From Trichoplax sp. H2 (lineage: Eukaryota), in contig NOWV01000108.1 of the NCBI GenBank assembly GCA_003344405.1, forward strand, positions 62,001 to 126,000: a DNA stretch of 64,000 nucleotides, written 5' to 3'. A program made the translations under genes and the position numbers. The notes under the pieces are model-generated. The model was not told the DNA's origin. It was given only the letters and a program-made list of their open reading frames with translations, and made no database searches. This document shows, in pieces, positions 25,767-37,510 of this stretch. The first letter of the stretch is position 1, and every line of letters starts with the position of its first letter.

Positions 25767-28700
25767 ATGTCTAATGATACCCTCGAATTAAGTAAGTAAC
25801 TGTACAGAAGAGAATGGAGCTCCAAGGGTGGTAGTATTAATAAATAACCGATTAGCACTCATTAACTCACATTCAGTTTCTAATCTTGTTTAAAATGGAA
25901 TTATTCATGTTGAAAAGATTGCAACCTTAGCGATTTTATTTCTATTGCCTCTATTTTATCATCCATTGCATCTATTTTCGGTAGTAATGTACTTTTTACT
26001 TACAAAGATAATCTTGTACTACCTTAATATACTAATCTAAATAGTGATAGACGAGAGTAATGATTTCGACATACCTAATTGATAACTGGTTCTATGTAGG
26101 TATTCCACCTGAGGATGTAGAGAAATATACACAATTATTCAATCAGCATGCAGCTGATGGAAATTATATAACATGTAAGCGCTAGATACAACGATTCCTC
26201 ATTAGATGGTTACTCCTAACAATTTAGAATGCATATAGATTTTCTGTAATAATAGATCACTTTTTAATACTAAATTGATCATTGTTTAGATGACGAAATA
26301 AAGAATATCTTCCATCAATCAGAAGTATCCGATACAGATGGAGAGAATTTATGGTAAGTTAATAGTATATATCTTACAAATAGAGATGCATGTTATGTAA
26401 AATAGCATAGTCCAGATATTATTCCTCTGGCTTTAAAATTTCATAGAATCCGTAATATTATTTCACCATCTATAACGATAATCATTTTCTATCATTCAAT
26501 TTTATTTCATTGGGCAACAACAATAATTATAATTGAATAGTAATAACTATTATTGGTGAAATTTTTTAAAAGTTAGCATTATATCAATATCATTTTATAA
26601 TTTCATATGCACATTTTATAACAAGCTTACCTCATAATAAGAAATACCGTATAGTAAAGTTACCCACATAAGATAGATAGCCCTAACATAACTCTTCGTC
26701 TAAATATTGTAATTGATTATTAAATCATACGATATTTTAACGTAAATCGATACGTAAATCGATGAGAAGAATCTGCTACATCAATTCATGAAAATCCCTA
26801 TTTACAAGTTAAAATAGTTTACTAATTAATTTACATTCAACTAGAATAGTTCTTCTTTCCACATATCAATCTTTACATGGAGGGCATATTTATTTATTAA
26901 TAATCGTTCAATGTTCCGCTATTAAAGGGCTACTAGAATGGGATTAATTAAAATAACTCTTTTTCCATTTCTACCGAATATAAATCGATCACGGTGATAA
27001 TTTTAATAGATTGCAGTTCTTTCAAAAATATCAATATAAATTTCGGATTTTTTACCTCATTCCAATCGAACTAAGATTGATGAATTAATGTTACTTCTCA
27101 TCGCATTTCAGTTTGCCTATTCGCTAACGTTCTATCGAGAATTTACTATGCCACGTATAAGTATTGAATCATAGAAATCAATGTATACTCGAAAAATGAA
27201 CAGTAATCTCGTTACTTTACTCCTACCATCTTAATTATTACAGGAACATTCTATTATTACATTACAATTTACAATAATCACAATCATAGTCATGTTATTT
27301 CAATCTACTGATTGAATTCCCACGGAAAATCATTATATTATGCCCGAAAACGTTTCAATCTACGATTTTTTTCCTTGTCAACTTGGATAGCTATATACCC
27401 TATTCTTGCACATTTATGAACAAGGAATGAATTTATTACGATATTGTAACTTGATATTATCTAATTTAATATCACTTTTATTTATTTAATAATCTCGGTA
27501 AACTTTTTTATTATACAGCGCTACAATTGCTTAAGTAATATCAAGTCTTGTAATTTACATCCAGTTTCTATTTCAACATTAAAACATTAGTCGGCGGTTC
27601 ATTACTTAACTCTTGTCATAAAATATTAATGAGCGAGGAATATACACGATAGTATATACAAATGAATCATAATATTTAAATCTCAGCACTATTAACATTA
27701 TCAGCGATTCATTATAGCTCTATGTCAACATCTTTTTTTACCACAAAAAGAGATTACATGATTGCTCCCATCATAGCTACACTTGAGACATGCAATACTG
27801 TCTATTTGCAGGTCAATCTTCTTTAATTTGACAATATTCAAAAATTTAATAATATTAATCATAAGACTACATCACCTGCATCATCAATCTTTCTTAATAG
27901 ATAATTTAGTTTTGATGATAACTTAGATTACTGTATTACACTATATCTGCGGTACCTATCTGCAGACGGATTTCCTTAATTTTACAACATTAGCTCGATT
28001 ATATTATAAATCTTCCTGAATATCGCATATAATATAGTTTTGATGACGGCCTACACTATACTGACTATCCACAGACTAATCTTACTTAACATTATAACAT
28101 TCTGAAACTTAACAACGCTAATTATACGAATAAATCGATCATATTGTAATTCTTTCTAAGTACATAATCCGATATAGATAACAGTTTAAGCTATATTACC
28201 GTTCTTCAAGCGATTTTTCTTAATTTGATAGCAATCTAAAATCCAACAACGCAACATAATTCTATTCTATTATATCGTCCACATCCATATCGATATTATC
28301 GTAAATCTTTCTAAATCTACAACCTAATTTGATGACAACTTCAACACAAAGCTTCAAATACAGAATACTGCTCTGTTGTCTATCTGCAGATTGATCTTTC
28401 TTGATTCTATAACATTCTGAAACTCAACAGTGTCAATTATACGATCGCATCGACTATATTGTAAATCTTTCTTAATATACAATTTAGCTTTGACGATAGC
28501 TTCAGCTATACTGCGGCACCTATTTGTAGACAGATCTTCCTTAATTTCAGAACATTATCAAACTTTACAATATTAATTATACGACTAAATCGACCATGTT
28601 ATAAATCTTTTTTGAATCTATAACAATCTAGTGTAGATGACAGTTTCAACTTTGAGTCTATCTGTAGACTGATATAAACCTTTCTAAATCTATAATAATC

Positions 28701-31700
28701 TACTTTTGATGACATTTTAAACTATACAGTCTATCTGCCGACATATCTTTTCTCAGTTTTATAATATGGTAAAAATTCAATAACGCTAATTATACCACCA
28801 CATCGACTACATCGTAAATCTTTCTTAATAATATGGTATTGATAATAACTTCAATTATCCTAGCTATCTACCGGCTGATCTTTCTCAATTTTAAGCATTC
28901 CAATTTGAACTTTAACAAGGCTAACTAATTTTACAACTACATCAACGGTTTTATAAATCTTTCTTATGGTTAAAATATATTCTAGTCTTGATGATAACTG
29001 CAACGGTAACTAACGATCCTACTCATCAGTGGGCCAATCTTCCTTCGTTGTAGAACATTCTCATTTGAAATTGAATAACGTTCAATATACCCGTACAACG
29101 CCATCAACTCTGTCTTAAATCTGTCTCTATACTTAATCTAGTATAGATAGTTATTTCTCATGAGCGATTTAAAAAATGTCCTAGCAGAACGTCAATTGAT
29201 CCAATAGTAAAGTAGAAGCATTCTGATCGTTGACAGCCTTACCTGTATGTTGATTTACCCTATTCTATATTCCATGATCTTTTATGCATTGAAGCAACCC
29301 GAACAGTATTTAGCCAATAATTGTCATTGTAAGTAATCCGTTGCTAATTATTTCACAAGGGTATAAAGCACAAAAGAGAGATCAATTAACATGATTAGAG
29401 TTATAAAAATGTTAACGTTGTATTGTTAGATCAGTTACAGTAAAGCTATCACCATCGGCTAGAACTATAGGCCATCACTAACTGCGATCATCCTATTTGC
29501 AGAAGCTAAGTCATAGTATCATTCATGACAAAGAGTAACTTTGGATAAAATCAAATATCACTTCAATAAGATGGCTTAAACTAAAGTAAATTGACAACAG
29601 GAATAGAATGATAATCCATCTACTCGTCGTTGTATATTGCGATTTTAAATTGACTACGAAAGGCTATTTTAGCTATCGTCATTAACGCATCGATCAAAGG
29701 GTAGACTAATGTGTATTTCTATGTCTACATTTTGTATTTTATGTCTGTCGTGACTATTGTCAAATTGATCCATCTATCCTTGCCATTGCTATTGACAATC
29801 ACGTTGATCCACTAGGGGGGTGGAGGTACAATAGCTAGCCAGGACAAAAGACATTTTATTAATATATATCCAACTTTGAAAGATTAATAGAGCTCAAAGT
29901 GATTGTGTAGTGGGGATTCTAACTGCGTGTTTTCATCCGCTACCTCTGGACTATTTCATCCTGTCAAAAGCCAGAAAAATTCTTCTGGTCATCAATAGAA
30001 GGAACATTTATAATATAGCTAATCTAGATTATTATTAACCACTTTCCTAGTTTACTTTGCTAAAAATCGTTTAACTCATTACAACACCTACTTCGTAAAA
30101 GGAACATAATTTGTGTAGATCGCTAAATTTCCACACTTCGCCATTCCACAAGGTAATGTAACAGGCCTGTACGGAATTGAAATCGCTTAGCTTATAATAA
30201 CGCTTATAATTACCTATTTTTTCTTCTCTCTTCCATATTTTTTTTATAATATTAAGGTAGTCGGTTTCTTTCTTTTTTTTAATTCAATCTTCTCCTACGT
30301 GTATTGTAAGGTTTAAAGACAGTATTGAGATTTATTACGCTATCGATTTTCTCCATTTCATTTAACTACGGGGGGAACATGGATTCTCCTGACGTCTATT
30401 TTCCATGGAGTCACGTTGTTTTATCGCCATCTAGTGAGTTACTGCCTAAATTCTATCCCAATCTACACCGTAGTGAAAAGATACTGTCGTTATAAACTTA
30501 TAGTTGCATCCATTCTACATATAGTCATGTTATTTTCATCGTTGCGCGAATGATTAAATGTTCAAATTCTATGTAAATTCTGTCCTGAAGAGAAAATCTG
30601 TTTTCGTTATAGTTGTGTCCATTTTATATGTGGTAACGTTATTATTTTATCGTTATTCTAATCAATTAATGTTTAAATTCAATCCAAATCTATCCTAAAG
30701 GGGAAATGTGCTTTGTTAGAACTTATAATAGCGTCCATTTTACGTTAAATCATGTTCTCTTATCGTTATCCTTAAGATTAAATGTCTAAACTCTATCTAA
30801 ATTCATCCTAAAGAGAAAATAGACGTTTATTACAACTTAAAATTACATCCATTTTACGTGTAGTCATGTTGCTTTATCGTTATTTTACTGAATTAATGTC
30901 TCAATTTTGTCTAAATCCATCTTGACGAGAACATAGCCCCTTAAAGTCGTGATGATGAAATCATGAGCTGGACAGTAGAAGTAGCAATAAGGCGACAGAG
31001 ACATTAATATCATCGTTGAAAATCATACCCTGATTTTTCATTCTACCATTTCTGTCGTATAACTTACAGCTATTTCGCAATATGAATTCATATTGGAAAG
31101 AGAGAACCACTCTTTCACGCCGAATTTCTACAGATGATAAAATTAAAATGTAATTGAAGAATTAAAATGGCCGTAAGAACCAACGTTTAACCCCTAGTCA
31201 GTCAATATGCAGTACTGTAGTACAGGAGATTTAGAGAATAAAAATTCTTATATGTATTGATCAATATCACTACTTATTTATACATAGAAATCTCTTCACC
31301 GTTATAGAAAAGGTTTCACAATAACGTATTAGCATATCCATGTCCGTTCAAACTCTGCATATCCTTTTCAATAGAAAACCTCATTTTTACCATTTCGCAG
31401 TCTAGGAAAGGCAACGTTCTATGCTATAGTATAATATTCATTAAAAACTTAGTCCTGTCATCAAAGTTTAGAAAGAAAACAAAAAATAATTAATCCGTCT
31501 TTTCTCTTCCTCTATCAACTTTATTTTATACGCCCTTATATTGGCTATCATTACCAATTCTTAGTTCTATAAAAAATGATCGTAACCTTCTCACAGGATA
31601 TCATAGCTTGTATCAAAACATTCATATTTGCTGTACCCAATACTTATACACCTTTAGTGCTTAAAAATAATCAAGCTTAATGTTGGTAATTTATTCTATC

Positions 31701-34700
31701 AATTTGAGATAATTTCTTACTCAATTGCGATAAATTTAGTTGTACCATTACCTTATCTTAAGCTTTTTCATAATGGTAAAACAAGCAATCAGATTTAATA
31801 TTAAATTCTCGGATATGGCAAACAGTTTTAAATTATACAAACACATCGAAAAAAATGGCTCAAAGTCTAAAAATACTACAAACATACCGTCGTTTTTTTG
31901 TCAGATCCAAACATTAGATTCTTTGGTAATGTAACAGCAGGCAATCTGAATATAGTTTGGATATTCTATACGAGAGGCGAAAATAATTCAGAGTCTTATG
32001 CATATACCAAACATAGCATTTTTTTCAGACTAGAAAATTCGATTCTTTGATAATGTAAAAGCAATTTAAAAGTAGCCTGGATTTTATATAAAGAAATAAA
32101 TTCAAAATTTTAAAAGTACAGCACACATACTCTTATAGCCTAGTTTGATAACAGAAAATTTAATTTTTTGACAACGTAAAAGCGAACAATTTAAAAGTAG
32201 CATAGATATTCTATTCGGAAATAATTCAGAATCTTATCAATACGATGCCTATAGCGATTTTTACTTATTCAAATTTAAAAATTGGTTTCTTTTGATAATG
32301 TAAAAGTAAGCAATTTGCACATTATATATTGAAAATACTTCAGATTTCTATAAATACATAGTATAGAACATTTTTTTCATCAGATTGGAAAATTTATTTA
32401 TCGACAAGGTAGAAGTAACCAGTTTAAAAGTAATATTTCTATATGCAAGATCATCGAGAGTCTTAAAAACGCGACGTATATAGCGCTTTTTACTAGACAA
32501 TTACTTGATAATTTGATTTGGATAATGTAGAAACAAATAATTTGAAAGTAATCCAGATATTCTATATATAAAAGATTATTGACAGTCTTGTAAATGCGAC
32601 TCAGATAGCGTTTTTTACTAGATTTAAAAATTCGATTTTTTGACGATGTAGAAACAAGTAATTTGAAAGTAATCTGGATATTCTATATATGAAAGATTAT
32701 TGACAGTCTTATAAATGCAACGCATATAGCACTTTTACTAGATTTGATAATTCGATTTTTGAAAATGTAGAAACAAGTAATTCGAAAGTAATCTAGATAT
32801 TCCATATGAAGAGAATGGAAAGGATAATAAATACGATGCATATGGCGTTTTTTTACCAGATTTAAAAATTCGATTCTTTGATATGTAAAAGTAAGCATTT
32901 GAAACTAATCTGGATTATCTATATCCAGGAGAATTCAGGGCCTTATAAATACGATGCATAGAGCGATTTTTGCATTAAATTGGATATTTACATTCCATGA
33001 TGATCCAAACACAACTTGCAACAAACTGGACACGTTTTATAAATTAAGTTTCTTTACTAGCAGTCAGTAGTTAGGAAGAGTTCTGTAAAAGAGTCATGAT
33101 TGCTTCTATAGCTTTAATTTAGACGCTTCTATACCGGTGCTAATCACCGATGTTATGTATTCCTACAATTTCGGAAATAACTATCTTGTAATTCAATTCA
33201 CTTAGCAGCCAATGATACCGTTAAAAATTGAAATCACGAAAACTATATCTAATTACAATCTTAATTGAGTTGTTAACATATGATGAATATTGGAATACCA
33301 TCATGATACCTGCGGCTTATAGCATTTATTTCAATTTCTTGTTACGTAGGAATTTAACAGCAATAACAAACATCGAGAAGAGAAATTTGGACGAATTTTT
33401 AATCACCATGTCATTATTAGAAAAAGAAAAAAATGAAGAAGAACTACCATCGACATTACCTTCCCATATAAATATTAATAGCAAAGTTGTTGAAAAAACT
33501 GTTACTATTAGTGGCACTAACGTTCAGACCAAGACTGAAACTCATACGACAGTCAAAAGTGATCAAGTTGCTTTATCGAATGCTGAATTGTTGAAAATGA
33601 TGGAAGAAAAAATGGATGAAGAAACCGATGAGAATGGTAATACAGACGAAACAAATAACGCTAAGAAAGCTAAAACAGCACCATCCAATGCTGAATTAAT
33701 GCGTATGTTAGAAGAACAAGGCGATGATGACGGAAATGATAATCAATCTACTTCGGTGGTCGAGACAACCACTACAACTGAAATAACGACTGTAACAACG
33801 CATAAAAATGGCAATCCATCATCCAATGGACCACCAACAACAGCAGAATTAATGAAAATGATGGAAGAAAGTGAGAAAAGCAATCAAGAAAGTCACGGTG
33901 ATAATGATACTCAAGATAGTAGCACAAATCCATCAGCGGATACAGCCAATAGCAATGACAACGACGATGAAGGTGAAACTTACAAATTCGGTGAAAGAAA
34001 GCTATCTAAAGCTGTTATGGAGGAAAAAAGTAAACTAATATTTGAGAAAGATGTACGTGATGACGATGTAGATGCCATGAGGCAAGATTTAAAAGAGCGT
34101 AATGGTGAATCGAAGAAGCAATGGGAAGATAAAATGAGAACTGCACTTGAAGAACCAGAGGTAGTACCGGGAGAAGTCGATCCGTCTAAAGAAGCTGAAA
34201 GATATAAAATGGAAAGCCTAGAACAAAAACGAATTAAAGAAGAAGAAGAAAGACTGAGAAAACAATTATTACAGAAAATGAAAGAAAAAGAAGAAGAAGA
34301 TGCGGCAGCAAAAGAGTCACAATCAGACAGTGATGATGAAGACTTTCAACAAATATTAGCTAAGAGTAAATTACAGGCCAAGCAAATGTTTAGTAAGTTA
34401 GAAAAAGATAATAGTATTAGTCAAGCAGAAAAGAAACGTGAAGAAGAGCGTAAACGACGTAAGCAAGAGCAAGAAGCAATACGATTAAGGCGAGAGCAGG
34501 AAGCACGTGAGAAAATCAGAAAGCAATTAGAAGAAAAGAAAAAAGCTGAAGAAGAATTGAAGAAAAAAATGAGTGCTGATAACCAATCTCAAGATGATGT
34601 CGATTCATCATCGCAATATCACGAAGAATATGAAATCAAATCTGTTGGAAAGTTGAATATTAGCTCGTTTACCAAGTCGCAACAGAAACGTGACGATGTT

Positions 34701-36447
34701 GAAGAAGAACGCCAACGTAGAATCAAAGAACGTCTACGACAAGAAGAAGAAGAAGCTCAACGTATACGTGAAGAAGAAGAACGGATGAGGAAGCAATTAC
34801 GCCTAAAACAAGGTGCCGTCAGTGATGAAAATGCAAGTGCAGAAACAGAGTCTGAGACAACGCAACCTGCCGTCGGTAGTCGAGGTGTTGGACGATTACA
34901 ACTTAATAAATTTGGTGTATTTCAAGGTAAGCGATCGGATGAAGAAGAGCAACAGCATAAAATTGAAGTCAGAAAAAAATTAGAAGAAGAAGAAGCTAAG
35001 CGTATCGAGGAAGAAGAAGAGCGTATGCGTAAGCAAATGCTGGTAAAATTAGCCGCAGCCGGAGGAAATACAACCGGTGATTCTGCAGCCGATGGATCAG
35101 AAGGGAGTAGACGACAATCCACGGCTTCAGCAGAATCAGAATCCAGTGGATCGCGTGTTTCTTGGTCATCGAAAGAGGCAGGACCTAGTGTCTTGGAGCA
35201 ACGTAAATTGTTAGAAAATAGATGTAATATTGTTGAACAAGAGCGTCAACAACAAATAGCAAGAAACAAGGCTAAAGCTGAAAAAGATGCTATTAAAGCT
35301 AAAATGGCTGATACAGTTCAAAGAAGCGTCGATACCCCAGCTCCTGCTACAGAATCATCTCATAATGTACCAACACCAGCTAGTAATCAACAAGCAACAG
35401 CAACTAATAAAATTCATATTGATGCATCAGCTAATGATACTGCCGAAGACGAAGAGCAATTGCATGCTATTATGGCTGAGCAAAAATTCCGAGCTAAACA
35501 GTTATTCGAAGGGATAGGTCGAGATGCCGGTTCACGATCACCTAATCCTGATAGAAAAATTGAACCGATTAACTTGAATAAAATAAATCAAACATCGGAA
35601 TCTACTCTGACAGGAGCTGAAAATAAAGTTACAGAAGTGCCAAAATTAGATGATTTATCCTATCGTAAACGTCATTTGATGTTGGAAGAAGAACGATTAA
35701 GACAACAACGCAAGGAAATTGAAAAGCAGGAAAGGCTGTTGTTAGCTAAGCGAATTCAGCAATCGAGTCAGGACCAAAATCAAGATCATTCTGCCATAAT
35801 AGAGGCTAAAAAAGTGAGTAAATTAAGTAAAGAAAGATTCGCATTGAGTACAAAGAAAGAAGAAGATGATGATGACGATAAAAAACAAGAAAGAATACGT
35901 AAAGAAGCTGAAGAAGCAAGAAGGATACAAGAAGAAGAGGAAAGAATGAGGAAACAATTTGCTAAGAAGCAAGCTCAAGAAGCACAAGCCGCAAAGCCGA
36001 CAGCAGTAGCTGATGTTAGTTATAAAGACGACACTAAAGATATTAAATCGGTTGGCAAATTGGCAAGGGATAAATTTAATTTTACACCTACTCGAGATGG
36101 TGAAGGGATTGATCAAAAGAAAAAGATTGCATTGAGAATGAAGCAAGAAGCAGCAGAAGCCAAGCGAATAAAGCAAGAAGAAGAAAGATTAAGAAAGCAG
36201 CAAAAGAAGGAAATTGAGGTAATTAGACAACATTACTCTTATTCTTGCATCAGTAGGTAGATGACATCTCAGAGATCGAGAACATATATCAGCTTATGTA
36301 TTTTGATCTTACATTTTAGGAGTTTGTATCCTATTTTATCATTTATTAATTATACTCGTAGATATGAGCAACATGATACCACTTGATAATGATTATAATC
36401 TCCTAATTTATCTTTTCTAATCTTAGGATCCTACAATCGCTATCTAA
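25767..36447 (+). CDS. Uncharacterised ~1017-aa protein: N-terminal divergent EH (Eps15-homology) domain followed by repetitive E/K/R-rich helical modules (exons 25767-25791, 26100-26174, 26290-26353, 33350-36218 and probable last exon 36427-36447)
   Basis: Phase-consistent GT-AG splicing gives MSNDTLELSIPPEDVEKYTQLFNQHAADGNYITYDEIKNIFHQSEVSDTDGENLW|NLTAITNIEKRNLDEFLITMSLLEKEKNEEELPSTLPSHI. This follows the EH pattern (Y..lF...G.i....k..f..S......iW.L.......l.EF...M.L.......LP..LP). It continues into a 2.87-kb open exon. Total is 3054 nt, a multiple of 3. Confidence 0.75.
27800..29130. repeat. Old, degenerate tandem array (~110-155-bp unit) in the long intron of the EH gene
   Basis: Recurring ctatctgcaga, taaatctttct and tttgatgac-like blocks. 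Confidence 0.75.
30390..30930. repeat. Degenerate tandem array, ~115-bp unit, 4-5 copies
   Basis: tccatt(t/c)ta..gtcatgtt..ttatcgtt..ttaaatgt recurs at ~30509, 30618, 30734 and 30848. Confidence 0.8.
31880..33000. repeat. Tandem array, ~120-bp unit, ~9-10 copies, more similar toward the right end
   Basis: gataatgta(a/g)aa..aatttgaaagtaatctggatattctata recurs about every 110-125 bp. Confidence 0.88.
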
Positions 36448-37510
36448 CCATCAAGGAAATGGTTCAATGTATTATTACTATGTTTTTGGTTGTTATAACA
36501 TGGTATAACGATCTGTCTTGGAATATTTTATAAGCCGAAATTTAAATCTACATTTTCAATATTAGCCTTGATTATTCAACTTGGGGATAGAAAATTATAA
36601 TTGCTCGATAATCATACTTGCCAATATTACTGTATTTCGTTGATTTTCCATCGGTATATTGACGTTATTGTAAAAGGAAATTGCTAAAAAATTTTTTTAA
36701 GTGCAAGTACGCCTACCAAAGTATAAAGTAGAACGGAGTTATTTAAAATTTTTAAAAATTGGACAGATTCATATCTGTCATAGTGCCACTTTTTTGTAGC
36801 CAACAGTCAATAAATCTGATTCCATCTTAATTGTAATGTTTTCGTTAATTTTGGGTAACTTTTTAAGATGATTGCTATAAAAAAGGTATACAATACTCAT
36901 AAATGTAATTAATATATGATTTGTTAATTATTATCAAATCTAATCGTTTGTATCAGTCAGTATCAATCATCATATTCGTAAAATTAATTAGATTGGTGTA
37001 ATTAAGATACTGTAATGATGACAATTTGTGGTTCTAGAGATGATTAATAAATCAATTTTTACCAAAATGTCAACCTATGGTATAAAACACTCGATTGAAA
37101 AGCTATTCTAGTTCCGTGGAAAAATATCATCATTCTAGTTATGGATATAGAAACTTTTTAATATTCAGTTGAGAATCTGAACTACGAATTATTCACTGTA
37201 ACATTAGTACTTTTTAATATTCAATAGAGCGTGAAGTTGTCTGGTAATGAATCATTTGATCCGTTAGCTATATCGTTGTCTTATGCTATGTAATCGTTAA
37301 AGTTGCCGTGATGAATATAGTTTAATCATATAATCATAGGAATATCAACGATTTTTTTATCGTCAAACTTGAAATGACTATTACATCATAATAGTCATCA
37401 GATACAAACATATCGAGATTGAAATCACTTTAAGCAAGCTATAAATTTATTGTATAGATTCGGTCAACAATTTTAAAGTAAAAAATCTGAACATACACCA
37501 ATTGTATCGA

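Noticed and set aside
33228-33349. ORF-track N-terminus (MKSRKLYL...) and C-terminus (VIRQHYSYSCISR) of the 1010-aa ORF
   Set aside because: The start is a TTG in intron-like sequence ending in an acceptor at 33349, and the tail follows a donor at 36219. Both are intron read-through.
33326-36176. Antisense and alternative-frame ORFs (33326-33517, 34922-35122, 35287-35517, 35823-36176)
   Set aside because: These are shadows of the low-complexity GAA-rich coding exon.
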